A stretch of 24,000 bases of DNA from an uncultured Actinomycetes bacterium (GTDB lineage Bacteria; Actinomycetota; Actinomycetes; S36-B12; CAIYMF01), in assembly GCA_963793175.1 (NCBI GenBank), contig CAWBYT010000013.1, positions 1 to 24,000 on the forward strand, in the 5' to 3' direction. Position numbers and translations under genes: made by a program. Numbering within the stretch: position 1 is the first letter of the stretch; each line of letters opens with the position of its first letter. The notes under the pieces were generated by a model, which was not told the DNA's origin, did not search any database, and saw nothing but the letters and a program-made list of their open reading frames with translations. Positions 7,268 to 16,512 of the stretch are shown here, piece by piece.

Positions 7268-9941
7268 GTGATTTCGGTGGGGCTCTCGGGCGCGGCGCTG
7301 CCCTTCGACCTTCGCGAGCATCAGCGCGCCAGCGTCGAGGCCCATATGCGGGCTGGGACCGGGCGCAGCCACCTGGTGCTGCCGCCGGGCGCCGGCAAGA
7401 CCGCGGTCGGCGCCGCCATCGCCCTGCACGAGGGCCTGCCGGACCCTGGTGCTGGTGCCCAACACCGCGATCCAGCAGCAGTGGATCGACCTGTGGCGCG
7501 CGACGCTGCCAGCGGACGCCCGGGTGTCCGACGAGCGCGATCTCACGGCCGATGTCACGGTCCTGACCTACCAGGCCGTGGCCACCTTCGATCCGGACGC
7601 AGACGACGACGCGCCGCTGGTGGAGCAGCTGCACCCCAATGCGGTCGGGCCTGCTGCAACGCGCTGCGCGACGGCGACCGGTTCACGCTCGTGCTCGACG
7701 AGGCGCACCACCTCCTGCAGACCTGGGGACGGCTGCTGGACGAGGTCCTCGCGATGGCCCGCGGCGGGGCAGCGGGCGACCCGGTCGTGGTCGCGCTGAC
7801 CGCCACCCCGCAGACCCGGCTCGACACCCGACCAGGCCGCCCTTGCACAGCGAGTGTTCGGCCCGGTGCTCCACGAGGTGTTCCGACCCCCGCGCTGGTG
7901 CGGTCCGGCGTCCTTGCCCCGTTCCGCGAGCTGGCCTGGTTCGTCCAGCCGACCGACGGTGAGCTGGCGCACCTGGCGCAGAGCGCGCAGCAGTGGGAGG
8001 AGCTGATCACCGACCTGCTGGACCCGGGCCTTGCCAGCGTCGGCTTCCTGGAGCACCTGGATCGGGCCTGGGTCCACCGCGGCGCCGAGCCACAGGCCGT
8101 CCCCTGGCACCGCGTCGTCAAGCAGGAACCCGAGCTTGCCCTGGCCCTGCTGCGCCTGCACCACGACCGCGGGCTGATCGACCTGCCCGACGGTGCCCGG
8201 CTGACCGCCGAGGCTCGGGAGCCGATGGCGGTGACCGACTGGGTCGCACTGGTCGAGGAGTACGCGACAAGGGTCCTCATGCGGCAGGGAGCGCCGGATC
8301 GTGACGAGGAGGCCTATCAGGCGATCCGCCGGGCACTGCCCGCGGTCGGCTGGACGCTGACCCGGCGGGGGCCCGGCCGGGGCGCTCACCGGCCGACCGG
8401 GTGCTGGCGCACAGCGCGGCGAAGGCGGTGGCGGTGACGGACCTGCTGGTCGGGGAGATCGCCGAACGGGGCGCGGGGCTGCGCGCGGTCGTGATCACAG
8501 ACTTCGAGCGGGTGGCGGCCACCGCCTCGGCCCGACTGCTGGAGCCCGACGCCGCCCCGCCGGGCTCCGCCTGGCAGGTGCTCGAACTAGTCGCAGGCGA
8601 CCCCCGCCTGGCGCAGGCGGCACCGCTGATGGTCACCGGGCAGACCTGCGCAGGCACGGCGACCGCCCTGGACCGGCTCGTCGCGCGAGTCGCCGCCAAG
8701 CAGCCCGATCTGGCCCACGGCCTGGGCCGCAGCGAGGTGCCCGGTGCGCCGGGCATCCTTACCCTCGCAGGCCCGGGCTGGAACCCCAGGCGCTGGGTCG
8801 CCGCGGCGACGGCGGCGTTCCAGGCCGGTGACTGCCGCGTGCTCGTGGGCACTCGCGGGCTGCTGGGGGAGGGCTGGGACGCGGCGGCGATCAACGTGCT
8901 GATCGACGCGACCGCGGCGACGACGCCGACCGCCGTCGTGCAGGTGCGAGGCCGTGCGCTGCGCCGCGACCCGTTCGTGCCCCACAAGGTCGCGCACATC
9001 TACAGCCTGGTGGCGGTCGTCGACGATCACCCGCTCGGGGACAGCGACTACCAGCGGTTCGTCGCCAAGCACGAGGGGTTCCTGGCACCCGATGACGCCG
9101 GGCGGATCACCGCTGGCGTCGGGCATGCCTCGCCGCTGCTGGACGCGGGCTCCGTGCCCGACGCGCACACTCGCGCCCTGGTGAACGCGACGACGATGGC
9201 GCTGGTGAACCAGTCCGGGCTGGTCCCCGAGCTGTGGGGCGTCGGGCAGCCGTACGACGACGTAGTGGTCCGTGTGGTGCGGATCGTCGCCGTGGGCAGG
9301 TCCGGGGAGCCGGTCGACTTCGACGCGCCCGAGGTCGCCGAGCGCCGGCCGCCGCTGCCCCTGCTGGCCGGCGCGGTGGTCGTGGCGAGCACGGCGGGCA
9401 CCGCGGTCGGGACGGCTGTGGGCGCGGGGGCGCTGCCGGGTGCGCTGTTCGCGGCAGGCGCGGCGGCCGTGGCCGGCGGATCCTGGGCGGTAGCCCGCTG
9501 GCGCCGGTCACTGCGCACGAGTCCCGATGACCTCCTGGTGCGGTCGGGACGGCTGTCGCGGCTGCCATGGGATCGAGCCGCCCGGTGCTGGTCACCCCGG
9601 ACGGCGAGGGCATCTGGCGGGTCGGCCTGGACACCGGCGAGGCGGCCCTGGCTCAGCGGTTCTCCGAGGCGATGGAGCAGGTGCTCGGACCGGTCGACAA
9701 CCCGCGGTACCTGATCTCCCGACGGCTGCCCCGGCAGCGGGTCGAGCAATGGCATGCGGTGCCCGAGTCGCTTGGCCGCAACAAGGCGCAAGCGAGCGCG
9801 TTCGAGGCGGCCTGGGTCCGCCACGTCTCCAGCGGCCGGATGCTGTTCACGCGCAACCCCGACGGGGCGGGCGTTCTGACGGCCGTGCAGGGTCTGAGCC
9901 CGTTGGACGTCGCCTGCGCGTTGAGCTCGGAGTGGCGCTGA
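7268..9941 (+). pseudogene. Large SF2 (DEAH, ResIII plus helicase C-terminal) helicase with a C-terminal extension containing a hydrophobic Gly/Ala-rich segment; frameshifted about 6 times.
   Basis: Walker A LVLPPGAGKTAVG, motif Ia TLVLVPNTAIQQQW, DEAH box FTLVLDEAHH, motif III VVALTATP, motif V VLVGTRGLLGEGWD and motif VI VVQVRGRALRR. Then come PLLAGAVVVASTAGTAVGTAVGAGALPGALFAAGAAAVAGGSWAV and a module of about 130 aa ending SSEWR with a stop at 9939-9941. The pieces lie in ORFs 6770..8437, 7449..7799, 8401..9714 and 9567..9941, with switches near 7440, 7635, 7830, 7880, 8385 and 9535. The start is GTG 7268 or ATG 7227. Confidence 0.75.
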
Positions 9942-10055
9942 GCACGGATGGTCGCGGGCCGGGCGCCGCGTGCCTCCAGCCGGCCGCCCGCCGGGGTCGA
10001 GCCGCCGCGAGGCACAGCCGAAGCGGCACCCCGTTGACCAGCGAGGTTGGTCCCG

Positions 10056-10628
10056 TCAGGGTTCGAGGTGGCGGATCACGCGTGCCGGGTTGCCGACGGC
10101 CACGACGTTCGCCGGAAGGTCGCGGGTCACGACCGCGCCGGCACCGACGACGGTGTTCTCCCCGATGGTCACCCCGGGGCAGACGATCACGCCCCCGCCG
10201 AGCCACACGTTGTCGCCGATCACGATCGCTTGCCCGCCCTCCCACTTCTCCCGCCGGGGGACCGGCTCGACCGGGTGGGTCGGCGTCAGCAGCTGGACGT
10301 TGGGCCCGATCAGGACGTCGTCGCCGATCGTCACCGCCGCCACGTCCAGGACGATCAGCCCGAAGTTGGCGAAGGTCCGTGCCCCGATCCGCGTCTGGTA
10401 GCCCAGGTCGCACTGGAAAGGCGGGCGGATCTGGCTGTCCGGACCGAGCGAAGCGAGCAGCTCGAGGAGCACCTCGCGTTGCCCGGCGACGTCCGTCGGG
10501 TCCATCGTGTTGAAGCGTCGACTGAGCTGTCGGGCGCGCTTGGAATCCGCCTCGATGCCCGGGTCGTCGGCGATGTAGGGGTCACCGTCCAGCATCCGCT
10601 GGTGCATCGAGCGCCGGTCCTCAGGCAT
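10056..10628 (-). CDS. Sugar O-acetyltransferase of the Maa/LacA left-handed beta-helix family.
   Basis: Intact 190-aa ORF from ATG 10628 (MPEDRRSMHQRMLDGDPYIADDP). Hexapeptide-repeat core: IGARTFANFGLIVLDVAAVTIGDDVLIGPNVQLLTPTHP ... IVIGDNVWLGGGVIVCPGVTIGENTVVGAGAVVTRDLPANVVAVGNPARVIR. Confidence 0.9.
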   Translation of the reverse strand: MPEDRRSMHQRMLDGDPYIADDPGIEADSKRARQLSRRFNTMDPTDVAGQREVLLELLASLGPDSQIRPPFQCDLGYQTRIGARTFANFGLIVLDVAAVTIGDDVLIGPNVQLLTPTHPVEPVPRREKWEGGQAIVIGDNVWLGGGVIVCPGVTIGENTVVGAGAVVTRDLPANVVAVGNPARVIRHLEP

Positions 10629-12848
10629 CGTTCGCGCCACGGCTGACTGCTCCGCCAAGCGCTGCCGACACGGAGACCGGCACCCCGTTGACCACGGCGT
10701 TGGCACCGATGCCCTCGACCACGGCGGGATCGGTGACGTCGTTGACGCTGGCGCCCGGCAGTGCCGTCGCAACCGCCATCCGGACGCCGGAGCGGGCATG
10801 GCCGTACCCGTGGGGCAGGCTCACGACGCCGGGCATCATGTCGTCGCTGGCCAGGCACTCGACCTCCAGCTCGCCGCTGGCCGAGGCGACCCGCACCCGA
10901 TCGCCCGAGCGAATGCCCCGCGCCACCAGGTCGGCGGGGTTGGCAAGGAGCTGGTGTCGAGGACGGCCCCGGACCAGCCGTGCCTGGTTGTGCATCCACG
11001 AGTTGTTGTCGCGCTGGTGGCGGCGCCCGATGAGCAGCAGGTCGCGGCCGCCGCGGTCGCCCGCGGCCGGGTCCGCGTCCGACAGGAGAGCCCGGGCGCC
11101 CGCCAGCCCGTCGACGATGAGCGCGGGGGCCAGGTCGATCCGCTTGGACTGCGTGGCCAGGCGCTGCGGAAGCTGGGGCTGCAGCGGACCCAGGTCGACA
11201 CCGCCCGGGGTCGCCCGCAGCGCCGCGACGGACAGGCCGGGGGTTCGGGCCGTCGCGAGCAGCGCGTCGACGAGCTGGGCGGGCGGGGTCCGCAGCCTGG
11301 CCTCGTCCACAGGACGCCGTGGCTTGGCCTCCGCGTCGGGCGGATCCTCCTGGCGCAGCCGATCGAGGGCAAGCGCGAGGTCCCGGTAGATCTCCCAGTC
11401 GTGGCGGGAGTCCTCCGGCCGGTCGAACAGCGCCGGGGACCAGCGTGCGGTGTTGCGGACGGCGAAGACGTGGAAGATCAGGTCGTAGTGGTCGCGTTCG
11501 AGGGGTCCCGTGGGCGGCAGGATGACGTCGGCGTGCCGGGTCGTCTCGTTGACGTACAGGTCGACCGACACCATGAAGTCGAGCCCTGCGAGGGCGGAGT
11601 CGAGCCGATGCCCGGCGGGTGTGGACGACACCGGGTTGCCGGCGATCGTGACCAGCGCGCGGATCTGGCCCTCGCCCGGCGTCGCGATCTCCTCGCCCAG
11701 TGCCGAGGCCGGAAGCTCGCCGCCGAACTCCGGCAGGCCGCGCACGCGGCTGCGCCAGGCGCCGAGGTGCCCCTTGCCGAGCAGGCCCAGCCCCACCATG
11801 TCGATGGCGGGGCTGGTCATCAGGACGCCGCCCTCCCGGTCGAGGTTGCCGGTCAGGATGTTGATCGCGTGGATCGCCCACTGGCACAGCGTTCCGAACG
11901 CCTGCGTGGAGACGCCGATGCGCCCGTACACGGCAGCCGCGTCGGCCGCGGCGATCTCGCGCGCGAGCCGCCGGATCACGTCGGCCGGGACGCGGCAGAC
12001 GTCCTCGACGCCCTCCGGGGTGAATTCGGCGACCGCGTCACGAACGGCCTCGACCCCGTCGACGTACGCGGCAGGTCGCGTCAGTCCCTCGGCGAACAGG
12101 ACGTTGAGGACCGCCAGGAGGACCAGCACGTCCGTGCCGGGCCGCACGAAATGGTGCTCGTCGGCCACCTTCGCCGTCTCCGTGCGGCGCGGGTCGAACA
12201 CGACCATCCGGCCGCCGCGTGCCTTGAGCTCGCGCAGCCGGCCGGGGAAGTCGGGCACCGTCATGATCGATGCCGTTGCTCGCCATGGGGTTCCCGCCGA
12301 ACACGACGAACAGGCTCGTCCGGTCGATGTCGGGGATCGGGATCAGGAACTGGTGGCCGTAGAGCGCCCAGGAGACGAGCTGGTGCGGGAGCTGGTCGAC
12401 GCTCGTCGCGGAGAAGACCGCCTTCGACCCGAGGGCGCGGATGAGGCTCACCCCGTGGGTCAGGAAGCCCAGCGAGTGGACGTTCGGATTGCCGAGATAC
12501 GCCCCGACGGCACTCGACCCGTGAGCGCTCTGGACGTCGTGCAGGCGGGTACGCGACCAGCTCGATCGCCTCGTCCCAGCCGATCGGCTCCCAGCCGTCG
12601 CCGACCCGCCTGATCGGCGTGCGCAGGCGGTCGGGGTCCGAGTGCAGGTCCTGCAGCGCGACCCCCTTCGGACAGATGTGCCCTCTGGACAGCGGATCGG
12701 CGTCATGGCCGCGGATCGAGACGATCTCAGCGTCCCGCAGGCTCACCTCGAGGCCGCAGCTCGCCTCGCACAGGACGCAGGTGATGTACCGGGTCTTCTC
12801 GGCGGCCTGCGCAACGCCCGCCCCAGCGGTGGTCTGGTCGTTCGGCAT
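10621..12848 (-). pseudogene. Molybdopterin oxidoreductase family protein (MopB superfamily, FdhF-like), with two frame changes.
   Basis: ATG 12848. The N-terminal Fe-S Cys motif is ITCVLCEASCGLEVSL ... GHICPKG. The core pieces are AVGAYLGNPNVHSLGF ... FVVFGGNPMASNG (ORF 12038..12706) and the 547-aa ORF 10621..12264 (RALVTIAGNPVSSTPAG ... GDRVRVASASGELEVECLASDDMMPGVVSLPHGYGH). Switches lie near 12548 and 12270. Confidence 0.85.
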
Positions 12849-12942
12849 GGGGCCATGCTCCCATGCGCGAGCTGGGCCGTCGCGAGCCTGCGCACGCGGG
12901 CAGGCGCTGGCGGTGAACCGCGCGAAAGGGCACGCTGTGCCC

Positions 12943-14047
12943 ATGTCCGAGGGCGGTGCGGCAGAGGGCCAGGCCTCGGCGTGGCGACGACAGCGGTGGG
13001 TCGCGTGCGGGCTGCCCACTGCCGCCGGACCATCCTCCACGTGCGACGTCGCCGCGGAGGTCGCCCGGCTGGGGTGCATGCAGGCCCAGGAGTTCGACAT
13101 GACCCTCTGGTCGCTGTCCCAGCGGACGGGGGCGACCCGCTCGGCGGTCCTCGCGGTCCTCGCGAGCGGGGAGGTCGTGCGCACGCACGCGATGCGCCCG
13201 ACCTGGCACTTCGTCCACCGCGACGACCTGGTGCGCGTGCAGAGCGCGACGGCCGAGCGGGTGCACCGGATCCTGCGCCCCATGCTGCGATCCGAGGGCG
13301 TCGACGAGCCGACGCTCGAGTCGTGGCGTGCCTGGCTGACCGAACTGCTCCGAGCGGGGCCGCTGACGCGCACCGAGATCAAGGCGGAGCTCTCGTCCAG
13401 CGCCTTCCGGTTCGACGGCATGGCCCTCGGGTTCGCCCTGATGTGGGCCGAGCTGGAGCTGCTGATAGCCAGCGGCCCGCCGCGCGGCCAGGTCCACACG
13501 TACCAGCTGCTCGACGAGGTGCCCCTGCTGGACCCCGAGGAGTCCACCGTCTGGCTGGTGGAGCGGTTCCTGTCGTCCCACGGCCCCTCCAAGATCGCCG
13601 ATGTGGCGGCGTGGTCGGGCCTGACCCTGACCGCCGTCCGTCGAGCCGTGGCCGACCTGGGAACGGTGGTCAACTTCCTGGAGCTCCTCGGCGACCGCCG
13701 GTACTGGATCGGTCCGCTCGCCGACGGCGACTGGGAGGCAGGCCCCACCACCGAGCTGCTCAACGGCTACGACGAGTACGTCAGCGGCCTGCACGTGCGC
13801 AGCAAGGCGCTGCTCGATCCGGACGGTCTCTACCGCGTGCGGCCCGGGACGCCGAACGGGCTGCTGATGGTCGACGGGAGGTTCGCGGGTCACTGGCGCC
13901 GCTCGGCGGCGCGGGGCCAGTCGCTGGTCGCGATCGACCTGCTGCGCCACCTCTCGCCCGCCGGAGCTGGCCGCCCTCGACGCGGCGATCGACCGCTACG
14001 GGCGGTTCACTGAAGGGGCCGTGGCGCGGGAGATCACCGGCCCCTGA
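12943..14047 (+). pseudogene. Winged-helix DNA-binding protein of the AlkZ/YcaQ (crosslink-repair DNA glycosylase-like) family, with one frame change near the C-terminus.
   Basis: LGCMQAQEFDMTLWSLSQR ... VVRTHAMRPTWHFVHRDDL ... NGYDEYVSG ... MVDGRFAGHWRR. After about 13964 the family-like tail AELAALDAAIDRYGRFTEGAVAREITGP continues in the +1 frame to TGA 14045-14047. Confidence 0.75.
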
Positions 14048-14121
14048 TCCACGATCCGCTGGTAGTCGATTCGGTCGGTCGGATCGACCGGATCGACCAC
14101 CGACGCCCCCAGCCCAGGGGA

Positions 14122-14676
14122 TCAGCGCAGGACCGTGTACTTGAGGTCGACGAACTGGCCGTTGCGGGTCACCTCGGCCAGGCGCAGCCGGTCGGACTCG
14201 ATCCTGCGCGGCAGCAGCGGCTTCCCGCTCACCAGGGTGACCGGGGCCAGGCTGATCTGGATCTCGTCGAGTGCGCCGGCATCGTCGAACTGGCCCACGA
14301 GGTCGCCGCCGCCGACCAGCCAGACGTCCTGGTCGCCCGCCGCCGAGCGGATCGCCGGCAGGGCGTCTGCGACCGAGCCGGCCACGAACCGCACGTCGAC
14401 GCCGTCGGGGGCTGGCAGTCGCCGCGACGTGAACACGAACGTCGGCCGTTCGGCGTACCAGGCCTTCCACTTCGCCGGGTTCTCGATCAGGTGCTCGTGG
14501 TCCTCGAGCCACTCGTAGGTGTGCGAGCCGAGGACCAGCACGCCGATGTCGGCAAGGAACCCCGCCATGTCGGGCTGCTCGCCGCCCTCGACCGCGAAGA
14601 GCCACTCCAGCGAGTGGTCGGCGTCGGCCAGGTAGCCGTTCAGTGTCGAGGCGGTGTAGAAGACGAAGCGCGGCAC
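14122..14676 (-). CDS. Dihydrofolate reductase family protein (RibD C-terminal domain type).
   Basis: Intact 184-aa ORF with a GTG start at 14676. Motifs: FVFYTASTLNGYLAD ... VLVLGSHTYEW ... VWLVGGGDLVGQF. Confidence 0.85.
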   Translation of the reverse strand: MPRFVFYTASTLNGYLADADHSLEWLFAVEGGEQPDMAGFLADIGVLVLGSHTYEWLEDHEHLIENPAKWKAWYAERPTFVFTSRRLPAPDGVDVRFVAGSVADALPAIRSAAGDQDVWLVGGGDLVGQFDDAGALDEIQISLAPVTLVSGKPLLPRRIESDRLRLAEVTRNGQFVDLKYTVLR

Positions 14677-14756
14677 CGACCCAGGGTATTCGCCAGGCGG
14701 CCCACTTCACGGACTAGGGCAGCGCCGGGCTGGACCTCGCGAACGCAGCCCACGGA

Positions 14757-15143
14757 TCAGAGATCCCGCGCAGTGCCGATCCAACCTCGTCCTAGCCCAG
14801 ACCGGCCTTGATCTCCCGGACTCGCACCCATCCCCGGGTCGACGACCACGGCCACGAGCACCGCGGCGACGGCCGCGACGATCCGGTGCGGGTCGATCGC
14901 CGGGACCCACCGCACCTCCCCGCCGCGCACGACGAACGCGCCGGCGGGAGCGGCCTTGATGCCGAAGCCGCCGCCCTCCCCCTCGGAGTCCTTGGTGCCC
15001 TTCTCCTCGTGGCCACTGCCCCCGCCCCCGCCGCCGCTGACCCGGGCTGCGGCGATCACGGTCGTGCCGTCCTTGTCGTAGGGCTCCGCGAACACCCGGC
15101 GCACGGTGATCGCGTCCTGGGCGGTCGAGACGAACTTGTCCAT
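14757..15143 (-). CDS. YtfJ/GerW-family protein.
   Basis: GGAGGAAG Shine-Dalgarno before ATG 15143. Sequence: MDKFVSTAQDAITVRRVFAEPYDKDGTTVIAAARVSGGGGGGSG ... GGGFGIKAAPAGAFVVRGGEVRWVPAIDPHRIVAAVAAVLVAVVV. The C-terminal end is ambiguous. A frame change near 14830 would give RGWVRVREIKAGLG with a stop at 14792 instead of 14757. Confidence 0.7.
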   Translation of the reverse strand: MDKFVSTAQDAITVRRVFAEPYDKDGTTVIAAARVSGGGGGGSGHEEKGTKDSEGEGGGFGIKAAPAGAFVVRGGEVRWVPAIDPHRIVAAVAAVLVAVVVDPGMGASPGDQGRSGLGRGWIGTARDL

Positions 15144-15261
15144 GTCCACGAGGCTTCCTCCATCCGTCTTCCGGCACGGTCGATCCGTGTGGTGCACGCT
15201 ACCGCCGGGGACTTGACCTGACGAGTGGCGGGCCGGCTTCGAACCGGGCTCGTCCAGTGGC

Positions 15262-16467
15262 TCAGCGAGAACCTCGGAGCGGGGCCATTGCCCGTGGTGC
15301 GGACGACGCGGCGGCCAGCCGCAGCGACCAGGCGCAGCCGGCAAGGGCGAGTGCCGCCGAGGCTGCGAACGCCCAGGGGATGCCGGCCGCACCTGCCACA
15401 CCTCCCAGCACCATGGGGCCGACGCCCAGGCCGAGGTCGAGGAATCCGCTGAGGGTCCCGGAGGCGGCACCCCGCTGCTCGGGACTGGCCGTGGCGAAGA
15501 CCGCGGAGAAGAACGCAGGCGTGCAGAATGCCACTCCGATGCCGGTGAGGACGGCGCCGACGAGGACGCCGAGGGGCGCTTGCCACAGCGACATGACGGT
15601 CATGCCTGTGGCGATGATCGCCAGCGAGCCGGCTCCGAGGAGCAGCGGCGGATGCCGGTCGGGGACCCTGGCGAACAGGATCCGCAACGCCACGACCGTG
15701 GCCCCGTAGGCGAAAAGTGGAAGGCTCACGACGGTCATCCCCACGCCCTGGGCGTGCAAGGGGGCGAAGGCCAGGAAGCCCCCCATCGCCACGACGGCGG
15801 TGAGGAAAGCCAGGCCGAGGGGGACGGCGGGCCGGTGGATGAGCTCCGATCGACCTGCCCGTCGGTCGGGCCGGCTGGGTCGCGTCTCGCCCACTTTGGG
15901 CAGGACGCCCAGCGCCAGAGCGGCGATCAGCGAGGCACCGATCCAAGCAGCGGTCAGTCCCCCCGCCCGTGTCAGCACCTCACCGAGCAGCGGCCCGCAG
16001 GCCAGTCCGAGGTAGAGGCCCAACGAGTTCAGGGACAAGGCCTCACCCAGCCGGCCGGGCGGGGCCAGGTCGGCGAGCGCGGCGAAGGCGGCGACGAAGA
16101 ACGCCGCGTCGGCTACCCCGAGGATCAGGCGAAGCGCGATGACGGCGCCCAGCGATTCGGTCCCCGCGGTCAGCAGGAGTCCGAGCGAGCTGAGCGCCGC
16201 ACCAGCCAGCAGCAGGGGCAGCCGGCCATGCCTGTCGCTCAGCCGGCCGGCCACCGGCCGCAGGAGCAGGGCGGAAGCGGCGAACGCGCCGAAGGCCAGG
16301 CCGGCGGCGGCCTTGTCCGCCCCGATCGGGCCGGTGACGTGCAGGGGCAGGGCGTAGATGGCCACGCCCTCGGCGGTGAAGTAGGCCAGCTCGGCCAACG
16401 TCAGGAGAATCAGGCGGCGGGAGAGAAGGGTCGAGCGTGGAGAGCCTGTGAGCGTCGGGGGAGTCAC
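15262..16467 (-). CDS. MFS transporter.
   Basis: Intact 401-aa ORF with a GTG start at 16467. About 12 hydrophobic segments are present, plus the MFS loop motif GRLSDRHGR. Confidence 0.9.
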   Translation of the reverse strand: MTPPTLTGSPRSTLLSRRLILLTLAELAYFTAEGVAIYALPLHVTGPIGADKAAAGLAFGAFAASALLLRPVAGRLSDRHGRLPLLLAGAALSSLGLLLTAGTESLGAVIALRLILGVADAAFFVAAFAALADLAPPGRLGEALSLNSLGLYLGLACGPLLGEVLTRAGGLTAAWIGASLIAALALGVLPKVGETRPSRPDRRAGRSELIHRPAVPLGLAFLTAVVAMGGFLAFAPLHAQGVGMTVVSLPLFAYGATVVALRILFARVPDRHPPLLLGAGSLAIIATGMTVMSLWQAPLGVLVGAVLTGIGVAFCTPAFFSAVFATASPEQRGAASGTLSGFLDLGLGVGPMVLGGVAGAAGIPWAFAASAALALAGCAWSLRLAAASSAPRAMAPLRGSR

Positions 16468-16512
16468 GCCACCCAGCGTGCCGGGGATCGACCGGGAGGC
16501 GCGTGGGCGGAA

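Noticed and set aside
9942-10055. Inverted repeats between the convergent helicase and acetyltransferase genes, considered as a terminator (GTGCCTC ... GAGGCAC; GACCA ... TGGTC).
   Set aside because: The stems are only 5-7 bp with a loop of about 30 nt or no U-tract. That is too weak to call.
2444-16467. A self-resistance or biosynthetic cluster, suggested by the UvrA-like, AlkZ-like, MFS and TetR genes.
   Set aside because: No PKS, NRPS or other biosynthetic enzymes are present. The genes are dispersed and differently oriented, and all of these families are common housekeeping or accessory genes.
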